A DNA stretch of 59,876 nt, the filler included, from Catajapyx aquilonaris (lineage: Eukaryota): the NCBI GenBank assembly GCA_000934665.2. It is 3 parts of 3 records of this genome, joined end to end, with 100 filler letters (N's around TTAATTAATTAA, not from the genome) between each part and the next. Parts side by side here need not be neighbours in the genome. Positions count along the whole stretch, not along the records: positions 14,232 to 28,369 come from JYFJ02007873.1; 2 more parts are not named here. One strand, 5' to 3'. A program made the translations under genes and the position numbers. The notes below the pieces were generated by a model that was not told where the DNA came from, did no database searches, and saw only the letters and a program-made list of their open reading frames with translations. This document shows, one piece after another, positions 14,232 through 25,813 of the stretch. Position 1 is the stretch's first letter, and each line of letters begins with the position of its first letter.

Positions 14232-14792
14232 ATTCCATGTCTATTGATCCCCCTCTAGATGGCGTTTCCGGACACGAGTTCCTACATGAAATGTGTTTGT
14301 CTTGGTCCCATCTATTACCCCTACAAGTTTGTCGGTTGAATTCATTAACTCCCTGTATAATCTTTGACAAACCAAATGTGTGTCAATCCTTCAGGTCATT
14401 CACATACGCCCACAGGACCAACTGCATTTAGTGCTGTGAACAAAGAGGTGTACTATAGAGACTACTGAAGTACAGTGGAACCTCATACTTTGAACACCCC
14501 TAACTTCGAACTCAAAATTCGTGAGAAATTTGTTCTGGAGTTTGAACGATGCTTCTAAGTTCAAACTGTTCAGGCAGTGAAAAAATGACCTCTTGGCGTA
14601 AATGTCATCTGTTGTGCGCCCAAGTCGTCTCTCGCTCTCGGTGTGAAAGCATATTTGCGTTATGCTAGCATGTTTTCACTTTTTTTCCCATTTATTTTTG
14701 GTGTGTTTGATTGTAAGTTATACATAAGTTAATGTAAGACTAGGGACCAACTTGCCAAAATTAGGCAAAAAATTAGGCAAAACTGCTAAAGT

Positions 14793-14852
14793 GGAGAGAG
14801 AGAGAGAGGGAGAGAGAGGGAGAGAGAGGGAGAGAGAGAGAGAGAGAGAGGA
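14793..14852. repeat. Imperfect (GA)n microsatellite
   Basis: Seen directly. Confidence 0.9.
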
Positions 14853-15789
14853 GCACCCCAACATCCGACCATGAATGGGTGAAGTGCAACTACATGCCCA
14901 GGAGGTGACGCCCGCTGCCGGGACGGAGGAAAAGGGAATTGCATGGAAAGCTCGCATTTTATTTTTTTATTTTTTAAGGCAGGTGGCATTTTTTCCCGGT
15001 TTATAAATTCGTTTGGCTTGCATAACATCGATAGGCCTAACAAGTTGACATAATCACTATACACTGTAATTATGGTTGCATAATATTACCACAACACTGT
15101 ACTATAAGAAACTCCCAAGGGTCCAGACTTTACGCACACCCTGTACTCAGGGCATTTCTTTACATGACAGATGACGCAAGAGCATGTTCAACTCAGCTTG
15201 GCTCCTGCCCAGTGGATTGTGCGAGTCTCATGGTAGTTTAATCAGTAATCACCATCCAAGAGATGTCAGGAGTATATTGAACCGAATTTGGAACCGCAAA
15301 GTTCGAATTCTCTGTGCACATTTTAGCACGCCAAATTCAAACATCCGCAGACCATCATATGATGGACGTCGCCGTCACCAGGTTAAGAGCGCCCTCCCTT
15401 GGGAATCTCCCCTTCCCCCCCTAAAAGGGCCCAAGGCCCTATAACAGGGAATTTAAAAAATAAATAAATGGAAATGAACCTTTAAAAATTTCACCCAAAC
15501 GTAATCCAGTAAATGATAGTGATAAAGCACCCATATCTATTCTACCAGTGCTTCCTAGAGTTAAGTTATGACTGAAAAAGGATGCAAGATGATTGCCATC
15601 AAGCCACACAACAGTTGTGATAAAAAAGCAGGACTAAAAAGCTCATACCCTATATTGTCTTCCTCAAGTCAAGTCAAAAGAGTCCGTTTTTCCGCTATTG
15701 TACCACTTCAGAGGCGCCGTACGCATTAACTAAGCAACAGTGCCCAAAACTAATTGCACATCCCTATATTAGTTTTGCGAGTACTATCA

Positions 15790-15966
<177 letters not shown>

Positions 15967-16019
15967 TTAGAAAAAGACATTAACATGGGTTTCAAAAAGT
16001 ATCTTGTCAATTCTCATAC

Positions 16020-16172
16020 CTTGGGAGGGTTAAATGGGTAGGTCTCTGGGACCTTAATCTCAAGGTAGAAAATCCCTCCTTCATAAGGCGTATCGGGAGG
16101 ACCAGCAATCTCACCCTTGAGCTCAGTGTAGCTGTCATTCAACAATTCTACTTTAATTGCGCATTTGGCGAC
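16020..16172 (-). CDS. UBE2K: UBE2K coding exon 2
   Basis: [57 protein letters not shown] acceptor, AAG|GTATGA donor, 153 nt, phase 0-0. Confidence 0.95.
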
Positions 16173-17013
16173 CTGCAACATAAAAAATCCAATCATTAGA
16201 TAATTCTGTTCTACACACTAGACAATATAAAAACTGGTATAACAATAAATCAGACACACTTCATGTTCAGTGTGATTATATGAAGAGTAATTCATTAAAA
16301 TTCAACATGTGCAATCTATATCCAATCATCATTATATTCAAAGCCAATTCATATTTACGATGTTATTGACTTGGACATCTTTAACATCCTGGTCTGACAC
16401 TTATAGTATACTAGATGGGTCAACCAGCTAGATGCTACAAGGTGATTTCAGGTCTTAATACATACTAACTAATTTGTAGGAGAGTAGAACAGCAAAACTT
16501 CAATCTCTAGCAACATGGGCATGAATCAATTAAATCAATGGATGTAGTAGACTAGTCTATCTTCATCAAATTTACAGGAGAAAGTATATTTCTACAAAAT
16601 AGAGAAGAAACAGAGTAGCAAATTGTCATGAGGAATAGCTATCGTGTTACATGCAAAAAAAACATCCGCATCATCTGAATTCAAATGAATTCAAATTTTA
16701 TTTTCGAAATAATTTGGACTAGAATGTTGCTGGTTGTATCAAAAAGGGTAAGGAGAGGAGCAAGGGGTTGGCCACTAGAGTAATCAGGTGTACACTTGTC
16801 ATGTAGTGCCACAATCTTCAGTAAGGCTGTCTATTCTCTACGATGCATGGGATTAACCCATAAAATCACGATTATGTTTCAGTCCCGCCATGAAAAATCA
16901 TTACATGTAATCACAAGGAACCATAATTTGCGAACATTTGAAGACGAGTGGCTAACCCCTCTGGGTGCAGTAGTCTGTAATTTTTTGAAAGTGTTTTGTG
17001 GTAAAAATGACTA

Positions 17014-17349
17014 CAGTAGAACTTCAATTATCTGTCACCTACGGGACCGGGGCATGGTCGGAACATAAAAAAGGTCAGATAGTCTGAGGACCAAAGAAAA
17101 CTTTAATGAAGCACAACAAAAAACATGAAATAATCTACAATATTATGGTTTTCTAAGAAATAGTGAATTATTTATCTTTTACATACACACTCTACTGTAC
17201 TGTATTTACAATTTAACTATAAAGCAGTACAAAACAAATGTGTAGTACATTACAGTATTTGATGAGAAAACATCAGATTTATTCCTGGAGCAGGACAGTC
17301 GGATATGCCGAGGAGTCGGATAATAATCAGAGGTTGGATAATCATACTG
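17014..17349. mobile_element. Degraded Tigger-like MITE in UBE2K intron 1
   Basis: TA-CAGTAGAACTTCAATTATC ... GGATAATCATACTG-TA with repeated CGGATAAT-type subterminal motifs. Confidence 0.55.
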
Positions 17350-17812
17350 TATTTTCATTACCAGTAAAGAACTATTCACAATGTGATAAGTTACAATTAT
17401 TATTTATACGTAACTACTGATTCCTTCAAAAAAAGTGAATTCAACATTCCAGTAACATTTGGAGCCACAAGATCGGCAGATATGCACACTTTTTTGTTGC
17501 AATTTTAAACATCCCCATAACTCACTGCTATGTGATGTGGTAAATATTTTGTTATAGTTCCAATTTAAAGCAATTTCTGAATTAATCAAGCTACAATTAA
17601 ATACAGTAAAATCTACGCTCATCATGCTCAAGATTATTCTTTATTAATAATACATACACATGATATCAATACATGTTGAATAATAGGGGGCAATGAGAGG
17701 CACATACAAATGCACACCACCAATCAAACCAATACCCTGCATTATAAAGAAATATCTAAGCTGTCTCCCGTTGGCATCTTATTCCCAATATCTGCACATT
17801 CAGCCTGTACAC

Positions 17813-18015
17813 TGTACACCGCAAAACATTAAAAGGGCATCACTGGTCGCATGGATTATCAATTTTTAATGCCCTTCTAATGCTCTGCCAATACTCTTGT
17901 GATGCTTTTTAGCAACAACAAAGCATCACAGGAGCATCACTAGAGCATTAGAAGAGCATTAAAAATTGATAATCCATGCGACCAGTGATGCCCTTTTAAT
18001 GTTTTGCAGTTTACA
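17813..18015. mobile_element. Near-perfect hairpin MITE in UBE2K intron 1
   Basis: Arms GCAAAACATTAAAAGGGCATCACTGGTCGCATGGATTATCAATTTTTAATG and its reverse complement pair almost throughout; CAC(C/T)GCAAAA-type ends. Confidence 0.8.
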
Positions 18016-18347
18016 CTGAAGACCTTGTTACAGTTCTGTTTGCTTGTAAGACCACAGAGAAAATATGGCAGTGCAAATAATGCAGAATCCTTCTTGGAAA
18101 AAATGTGATGGCCAGATGAAATTACTACAATGAAGCACTTAAACCCAAGACACTCCTGTTCTATTCCTATACCAAATCAAATGCTAAAACACTAAAGATG
18201 ATAATCCCTCCCTTTAGTACTGGTACAGCTTATATTATTATTCCTTCTCACTCTACCCTGCAGCACGGTACGTTTATCCTACATAACTACTGGCCCACAT
18301 GGGTATTCCACTTGGTATAGCATTACAATAATACCCTGCATGCATAC

Positions 18348-18410
18348 CTCCTCGCTCTTTACAACCTCCTTGAACTCTCGCTTGATCCTCTGAACCGCGA
18401 TGTTGGCCAT
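18348..18410 (-). CDS. UBE2K: UBE2K (E2-25K/UbcD4 type ubiquitin-conjugating enzyme) coding exon 1
   Basis: MANIAVQRIKREFKEVVKSEE, essentially the known UBE2K N-terminus; donor GAG|GTATGC. An extra in-frame ATG lies immediately upstream (18413). Confidence 0.95.
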
Positions 18411-18559
18411 CATCAAGATATCACCAGCAGTTCGTTGGTTCAACAAACTACTCGAGGAACACGGGATTCAGCTCACTTCGGACATGCCCAGAAGGACGAG
18501 GACGGGAGGTAGATAAATAAAGCGAGAGGGAAGAAATGCAAAGTCACTGCAGTTTCTCA

Positions 18560-18800
18560 CTGGGGTAGGTTCACTAGTATCACCGGGGTATCCTTCGAAA
18601 CCGAACCGAACGAGGCACAGCGGGGGAGGGGAGGGAAAAAAAGGAGAACGGGGAGCAGGCAGGAGAAGGAGTATTTTCGGGCTGCTAAAAAGCCACTAGG
18701 GGGGGGGGAAGAGGGCGCGTTCTTACCGGACTCAACATGAACCGTTCGCACACCACGCTTCCGGAAATACTTCGCGCCTATTTAGTTAAGCCCGTTGTTA
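18560..18800 (-). promoter_or_regulatory. Probable UBE2K promoter/5'UTR region
   Basis: CpG-rich sequence upstream of the ATG, ETS-like CTTCCGGAA at about 18758, and a minus-strand donor CCG|GTAAGA at 18727 that may close an upstream exon. Confidence 0.45.
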
Positions 18801-19213
18801 AGCCTTAATTCATATTCAGTAGAACTCAGGGTGTTCTATTACATATTTTTTAAAGTTATATCAGTTCGTGTTTTTGTGAAATATAATGAATGATGAGCAG
18901 GTTGGACGGTTGCATACGAATTGATGCGCAAAATGATGCTCGGCGTTGCAATTGATCTGGCGGGTGAATCTTAAATATGATTCGCCTTTTCGTTACAAGG
19001 CCGTCGTTGTAAGATTGAAAATATTTTGAGCGTAAGTAAAATTGCAGTAGCAGTGCTTGGTACCTTTCCCAGTAACACACAAATGTTCAGTGAATGGAAT
19101 GTAGACCAATTGTCAGTGTCCTGAATGCCCAGTGTTCAATATCAAATTTATCAATGTAGTGCACATCAAATGAATGCCCATCGCTGGACATGGGATTTTT
19201 GACCATTCATTAA

Positions 19214-19495
19214 CCCTGGAACCGTGCCGTGGGGCCTTTTCGGACCCCAAGGGAAAAAATGCATTAAAATGATAATTACAATTAACTTTTGCCATTTTTT
19301 TACAGTATGTAATAGGAAGTGCAGGTTAATTTTGAATTAGCGATCATTTTAGGCACTGTTCAAAGAATGATTGTATATAGTCAATACATTGAAAAGTATT
19401 ATATAATAATTAATAAAAATTAAAATATGGTGGGGTCCGAAAAGACTCCACGGCACGGTTGCCGTAATACTCGTAGGCACGGCACGGTTCCAGGG
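19214..19495. mobile_element. piggyBac-type MITE
   Basis: TTAA-CCCTGGAACCGTGCCGTG ... CACGGCACGGTTCCAGGG-TTAA: perfect 18-bp TIR, CCC/GGG ends, TTAA duplication. Confidence 0.85.
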
Positions 19496-19539
19496 TTAAT
19501 AAATGGACAAAAAACATGTTAATATGTGGCATAGAACTT

Positions 19540-19919
19540 AATTCGGCAAGTAGAAGGCGTTCCTTCCGGAGGCCTGGAGGTATTGCTGCCGTCCTTCGTC
19601 CCATGCACGGCGACAGGTTTTCTGGTGGTGCCTACAACTCAGCAATGAGATAGTCCTCCTGCCTTGCCCGTCCTTTGTTGGTGGACGTCACCTGGGACAC
19701 CGCCGAAGTCAACAACCCAGCATAGCGGGTCCTGTCGGCAATCCCCCCCCNCCCCCCTTTAAATTTTCTGCGAGTACCTGACCACGCTTCAGATTTTTTT
19801 GTTGTTTTTTTTTGTATATGTATTTGGTCATACGAGGATATTGAGGACCTCCTCAATATCCGCTGGGAACCCCATATCTGTTTGGGAAACGCCGCACCGT
19901 GAAGATGATGATGATGATG
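19540..19919 (+). mobile_element. 5'-truncated non-LTR retroposon fragment with (GAT)n tail
   Basis: Ends in GATGATGATGATGATG; flanked by the 9-bp direct repeat ATAGAACTT at 19531-19539 and 19920-19928. Confidence 0.65.
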
Positions 19920-19957
19920 ATAGAACTTCATAACACCAGGTACCCATAATAAGTTAA

Positions 19958-20427
19958 CCCTTAACTACGTAGGTGGGCGAAACACCTTTAACTACGTAGG
20001 TGGAGCCTGAGAGGCTCCAACGGTATATTTAAATTTCTGCTTATCAACTAAATTGTTATATTGGACTTTTCACATACAGAAAGTGCAGTTCAGATCATTA
20101 GGCTTCCGAAAACGTAAAAATCACACGCTGAGTCAGCATATTCTGACAGGGAAAAATTTTTAATTAAAAGGTTACATCAACAACTTTGAACCGCTCTGGC
20201 TTCACCAGCATAGGGATAGCCTGAGTGGTTAGAGGGACCTGTTCCTCGTTACGAATTTTTTTAAACCAAAGAATAGGGACTAAAATATTTTTTCTTTCCT
20301 TTTCATGCTTAGGAAGGTTTTTCTGACAAAGTCACGGAAGGAGAGTGGAAAATAAAATTCAATGAAAAAGTTACATGCATTTAAATAGGGCTTGGAGCCT
20401 CTCAGGCTCCACCTACGTAGTTAAGGG
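19958..20427. mobile_element. Second, distinct piggyBac-type MITE
   Basis: TTAA-CCCTTAACTACGTAGGTGG ... CCACCTACGTAGTTAAGGG-TTAA. Left TIR is partly duplicated; internal GGAGCCTGAGAGGCTCC palindrome at both ends. Confidence 0.85.
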
Positions 20428-20782
20428 TTAAATACAGTAAATGTGATTCAATCTAGGATATTTTATTTAACAATCAAGTTTTGCCAAATGAGACATATGA
20501 TTACTAAATATGCAGGGGGCAATTGCACTGCATGTACTGAACCCACCGCATATCCATGTGCTGCTAGCATTGATATTGCTTAATCTGATATATTAACCTA
20601 GACATAACCTTTGAGGAAAATTTAATTACAGACTTGATTCAGGATCAAAATTGGGTGGATAGAATGAATGATGCTGCTGAAAAGCAGAATGACATATCCT
20701 ACGCAAACAAGACACCTTTCTTTTAGAAGTGCATTTATGTTATGAGATTTTGATGTAAACTGGATATACAGTTGAATCCGGA

Positions 20783-20938
20783 AGTGCGGAAAACGAAACA
20801 ACGATCTGACGTCATCATCACGCAACAATATTTATATTGTTAAGTAAACATGCAGTGTCAACAAAAAGAACATTGTCTACTCCAACTGTTGCATGAGAAT
20901 AAAACGATGACGTCAGATCGTCATTTCATTTTCCACAC
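20783..20938. mobile_element. Small degraded fold-back element
   Basis: GTGCGGAAAACGAAACAACGATCTGACGTCATC pairs with GATGACGTCAGATCGTCATTTCATTTTCCACAC. Confidence 0.55.
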
Positions 20939-21241
20939 CTTAACAGAGTTCAAGAGACCATGGAAATAGTCTGTTACTGGGGTTTTCGTTTTTAGGACCT
21001 GTTTTGCAAGCTGAACTAAATAGTGCACATGATGTGACCGACCCTACTGTAATGGCAAATGGCCGCTTCAGTTCAATCTGGGATAGCCGAGATTTTGTGC
21101 CGGTTTGGACTAGTAGTTTCAGATGTGGGGGGTGGAAAAAAGGTGAATGGGCGGAGGGAGCCGTGGCGTGATGAAGTGTTGAGGGGTAGAAGAGCACGGG
21201 CTTTGCGGGCCTTGAGAAAGTGAAGGGGAACAGGACTGGAG

Positions 21242-23581
21242 GTGGACAGGAATGAATATGTAACGCAAAATAAGCTATATCATAAGCTGGAGAGTGCGAA
21301 GTGTCGTAAGTACTTTAAGGTCACATTGAACGAGTTATTGCTGTCTGCTAGCTCTTCTGAATTTTGGGGAATTATTAATAAACATAGAGTATCGGTGAAA
21401 AGAGCTAGCATCCCAGCTGAGATATGGATAAATTATTTAAGATCGATATACTCGAATACTATCGACCTTGTGCTAACAGACCAGATAATGCCTTGGCCAC
21501 CCAAACCTCTCTTGGATGACCCGATTAGTGAGCAAGAATTGAACATAGCGATAACACGGCTGAAAACGAATAAAGCTCCTGGACCAGACTTGATTCCGAA
21601 CGAGGTACTCAAACTAGAGGCTATGAAATTAATCCTGTTGAGAACATTTAACCTATTGCGCAGCCCCGAAGGTAAGCTGCCATCAGATTGGACAAAACTC
21701 AAGGTTATACCAGTGTACAAGAAGGGAGCAGTATTAGATCCAAGCAATTATAGACCAATATCCCTGGTGAATAGTACACTGAAACTCTCGACCTCTATTT
21801 TGGTAAGGCGCCTTCTGGACTGGGCAGAACGTGAAAGGATTTTCCCGCTGACCCAAGCTGGATTCAGACCGGGGAAATCGTGTAGTGATCAGACTTTCAC
21901 CCTGACCATCCTTGCACAAAAATACGTGAAGAAGAAAGCCGGCAAACTTTATACTTTATTTTTGGACCTTTCTAAGGCGTTTGACTCGGTGAATCATCAG
22001 TTGCTATTTCTTAAGTTAAACAAAATCGGGATAGGCAATAACAATTTTCTAAATTTAATTAGATCATTATATGATCAAGCAGCAATTTCTATAGACGGAG
22101 CAGAACCCATTCCAATTGAGGCAGGGGTACTACAAGGTGAGACGTTAAGTCCGGTACTGTTTAACATTTTCATGGCGGATATGAAAGACATTTTTACGGT
22201 GGCAGGTATCCCAGGCGTTAATTTCAGGCCAAACTCGCTGGAAATCCACTTTATGCAATATGCTGATGACATTGTGTTACTGGCGCAGAATCGCTTGTTT
22301 TTACAGCGTCAAATAGATGTCTTGGTGCAGTACCTGGATGAAATTGGCCTGTCTGTCAATGTTGGGAAAACACAGGTCCTGATTTTTAGAAAGGGTGGGG
22401 TTCTTTCTGCGAAAGAGAAGTTTTTCTGGAACGGAAGACCGCTGGTAATTACCACTAATTACAAATATCTTGGAGTCCCTTTTCAGTCCCCAACGAAGTT
22501 CAACAGCACAACTAAACACTTCATAGCACGAGGTTTTGCGACAGTGAACGCTATTTTGCCAATGATGGCGAGGCTCAAAATTAAATATCTATCCCCTGCT
22601 CTCCAGTTATTCAATGCTCAAGTATTACTGGTTTGCTTATATCATTCGCCGATATGGGCACTAGCCCACCTGGAAGAGCTAGAAAAGGTGCAGACTTTTT
22701 TTCTGAAAAAGTTCCTAGTCTCCCTGCTAGAACAGCTGGCTATTTCCTTAGGCTTGAAACTGGCAGGAGGCATCTCTACGTTAATGTACTCAACAACAAC
22801 AACAACAACAACATCACGACATTTCCCTATGAGGGGTAGTCAGCGATGAAGGGAGATGCAAGCTAACCCAACATATGAACTAATAAATAACTAATAAGAG
22901 ATGATCGGGAGAACCGCAAGTCATTAATGTACTCAAACTATTAATTAAGTTTCTCCTTAAGCTGAAGGGAAGTGGGAACGAAGAGAGTATACTAGCTGAA
23001 ACTTACAACTATCTAAAGACCAGACCAGATTTACCGTGGTGTAATCAATGTGAAAGACTCTTTGCAAAAACTGGAATGTCTTGGGAGCACTGGCTACAAG
23101 GCCTAGAGATGGTTGATTCTCCCTGCGTAAAGGACTTGACTATTAGAATAACTGATGTTTCTGTAGAGTCGGATAGGCAAAGTTTGGCGAGATCGCATAC
23201 ATATGAGCAGTACAAGGAAATTAAAGCTGACTTTCAGCTTGAGCAATATCTTCTCTCACCGTTGCCATTGCCTATAAAGAGACTAATTATAAACTTACGT
23301 AACAGCTCACACTATTTATAAATGGCTATAGGATTCCGCTAAATTCAGAGGAAAATTGTTCCTTATGTAATATCCCTGACAGATTCGACCTGTTCCATGT
23401 GATCTATGAGTGCACTTTTGGCTCAGCGCCAAGACTGAAGTATTTACAGAAGTTTCCGAAATCACCTCCAGACCGGTTTAATCATGTTTTAATTTTGAAC
23501 CTCCCTAGACATGCCACAAGCTTGTTTTTCTTTTTCTGTGCCTTGGTAAAGAATTTACGGTTTTGTGATGTAACCCTCTGA
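21242..23581 (+). pseudogene. Disrupted LINE ORF2 reverse transcriptase
   Basis: Motifs KAPGPD, NYRPISL, QAGFRPGKS, FLDLSKAFDSV, GVLQGETLSPVLF, QYADD, YKYLGV. In-frame stop just upstream, frameshifts near 22715 and 23315, insertion at 22794-22923. Confidence 0.9.
22794..22923 (-). mobile_element. 130-bp retroposon 3' fragment inserted antisense into the LINE
   Basis: 13-bp duplication TTAATGTACTCAA at 22781-22793 and 22924-22936; (CAA)n run is a (TTG)n tail on the minus strand. Removing the insert restores the host reading frame. Confidence 0.85.
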
Positions 23582-23813
23582 GACTTCCCCCCCCNCCCCC
23601 CCCACTCTTGATGTAATAACATCACTGGGGTGTGGTAATATAAACTTACTTACTCACTTAGTCTGTTACTGTATAACCCAGGCAGGGAGCATATATATGC
23701 TATAGGCATTTATGGATATGACTGAAACACTCAGGTTGCCTGCTGTTTCTTCAAAGGGCAACTGCAAAACTCTGAGAACTAATTTATTTCACCAAAAATA
23801 TGAACACTGTTTT

Positions 23814-24113
23814 TTACTGAAGCGGACGCCCGTTGCCGTCGACCAAACGGACCCGCTTGAACTCAAATCCCTGGATCATCTCCAGTTTTCTTCCCTCAGG
23901 AGATGGCTGGGCGGCCGACTGTTGCATGCGGAGGAGACTGGCGGGGAAGATAACACGCTTCACTTGCATCCAGACCTCTTGGCCTCCGTTGTCTCCTTCA
24001 GCACTCGCTGGCAACTCTTGAACCATCCTGCTGCTCTGGAACGGCTGGCCCGTTATAGCAAACTTATCCTTGTCCGCAGCCGGACACATAATCCCAAGTG
24101 CCACCTGGCCCTC
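23814..24113 (-). CDS. Terminal coding exon of the HMG-box gene
   Basis: TATTTCAG acceptor, phase 0, EGQVALGIMCP...GRPLQ* in frame with the HMG exon across a 59-nt (or 65-nt) intron; AATAAA at 23788-23783. Confidence 0.7.
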   Translation of the reverse strand, partial: EGQVALGIMCPAADKDKFAITGQPFQSSRMVQELPASAEGDNGGQEVWMQVKRVIFPASLLRMQQSAAQPSPEGRKLEMIQGFEFKRVRLVDGNGRPLQ

Positions 24114-24172
24114 CTGAAATAACGTTGGAAATTAGAGGCTCTAAACACTTGCGTTGGAAATACAGATCACAC

Positions 24173-24616
24173 CTTCACCTCTCTGGTGCCTTCTCCACCA
24201 CCGCCCCTTGCCTTCTCTTCCAAATTGAACCTCAAGGCCTTCCTCTTCCGGGTTTTCTTGGGGTTGTATACATACCCTGGATACTTTATCTTATGATCAT
24301 CATCTGCCTTCTTGGCTAGGGCATAAAACCAGTCCTTCTCTGACTCACCCAGTGCTTTCCACATGCGGCCAAGACGGACACTAATATCCCGGTTGCCCTC
24401 ATTCCGATACTGGGCTGAAACTAACCGTCTGTTCTCCTTTGCGAATATCATGAAGGCGTTTGGAGGCCTGGGGATGTGGCACTCAGGCGATGGGATAGAG
24501 GCGGCTGCAGTCTGGACACTGGGCGGCACAACCCGGGGTAAAGGCAGCACGTACTGGCGGATAATCCTTCTTGGATTGAAGACTGGCTTCTGGTTTTGGG
24601 GATTCACTTCTTCCTT
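24173..24616 (-). CDS. HMG-box exon of a Sox-like/MATA_HMG-like DNA-binding protein
   Basis: HIPRPPNAFMIFAKENRRLVSAQYRNEGNRDISVRLGRMWKALGESEKDWFYALAKKADDDHKIKYPGYVYNPKK is a complete HMG box, followed by a basic tail TRKRK. Acceptor TTTCCCATCCAG; donor AAG|GTGTGA (or GAG|GTGAAG 6 nt earlier). Confidence 0.9.
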
Positions 24617-24843
24617 CTGGATGGGAAATGTTGGTAAGCGATGTGTTTCCAAGGAAACAGCAGGTTAACAAACAACGGATAGCTTTTTCTCATATTATGT
24701 TAGTTAAGCAGTGTCTGGCAACTACTATCAATAATGGTAACTGATGATAAACTTCAATGGACAATTGAACAAAATAATTAGTGTGAGCTAACCCTGACTA
24801 CAACTTTTCCCCCCAGATGGACAGGAGTGGAGATGACTTGGAT

Positions 24844-24971
24844 GTACCATATACGCCAAATTGTTTCATACCCCCGGGGTATGAAACAATTTGTCGTATA
24901 GCACCATACCTAGGTATACGACAAATTGTTTCATACCCCGGGGGTATGAAACAATTTGGCGTATATAGTAC
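24844..24971. repeat. Doubly palindromic element in the HMG gene intron
   Basis: A 50-bp hairpin unit ATACGCCAAATTGTTTCATACCCCCGGGGTATGAAACAATTTGTCGTAT is followed by its inverted copy; ends GTACCATATA / TATATAGTAC. Confidence 0.85.
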
Positions 24972-24985
24972 ATGGAGTGACTAAC

Positions 24986-25148
24986 CCTCAGGTCTTCAGT
25001 TTTGTTGTTTGGTGGCTCTGTTCGACCCACCACAATTTGTGCTCCGATGGGCAGGGCCAGCTAGGGCGTCTACGGTGAGCATGTCTCCCTCGTCCCGTGT
25101 AGGTCCGATGGGAACCATCTCTCCTTTGTCCCTATGGACCTCCGCCAT
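24986..25148 (-). CDS. Candidate first exon of the HMG-box gene (frame problem)
   Basis: ATG at 25148 (ATAATGG) and donor AGG|GTTAGT at 24985. The ATG frame stops at 24996, while the +1 frame (LALPIGAQIVVGRTEPPNNKTEDLR, 25060-24986) reaches the donor in the phase the next exon needs. Confidence 0.4.
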
Positions 25149-25813
25149 TATGTACGGTTACGGTCTGTTCGCAAAGGTTTCGGGAGACAAATAGACCGGT
25201 TGTTGACACTTTGTTTCTGAACTGTTACACTGTTGCCTAGGTAACGAAATACTCGCCTGTCGTGGAGGACACAGAACGAGGCCTGGAGGACGAGGGTGGC
25301 CACATTTTGTTTATGTTGCTCTGAGCTACGTGGAATTTTCAAAATTCGGTGTCGCAAGTTTTGAAAATCGGAAAATAGAGACGCAAGAAGATTCAAACCG
25401 ATTGAAACATTATTTTTAAATGGCGCCCTACCTCTCCAATATGAAGTTTTGCCTACATTTAACAATAACACGTTTTTTTTAGAAAGTAAGACTACACAAC
25501 GCTGCAGTAAAAAATGTGGATCTGATTATTAATACCATAGATTAATACTAAATTTTAATTCGACCATGTTGCCAATCAGACTGCGTGATTCAACCCGACA
25601 ACCAATCAGAACCACAGATTGTGTATGCTTGAACGTGTAAACTAGGAAAAGGCTTATCAGGCTTATTCTCATTATGTGCACCAGACGCATGCGCATTAAC
25701 ATTCTGGTTAATGCATTTTAACAAACAAATTAATGCTTAATAAAGTAATGGAACCGATTAACATTATTTACATTTCTTGTGCTTGTCGTGCCTCGTGCTG
25801 TCGTGCGTGCGTG

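Larger units (their letters stand above)
20980..23658 (+). mobile_element. 5'-truncated LINE (non-LTR retrotransposon, tentatively RTE-X-like)
   Basis: 13-bp target duplication TAGTCTGTTACTG at 20967-20979 and 23659-23671; RT ORF; C-terminal CCHC knuckle (CSLCNIPDRFDLFHVIYEC); (ACTT)n tail; no endonuclease domain present. Confidence 0.9.

Noticed and set aside
14380..14430. Minus-strand LVLWAYVND resembling UBE2K ARLWAHVYA
   Set aside because: Only a few residues match, a stop follows, and the flanking UBE2K sequence is absent.
24254..24478. Fungal mating-type (MAT1-2-1) contamination as the source of the HMG box
   Set aside because: It lies on the same contig as an animal-type UBE2K and animal TEs, has the same 59-nt short intron class as UBE2K, and no fungal MAT neighbours were recognised.
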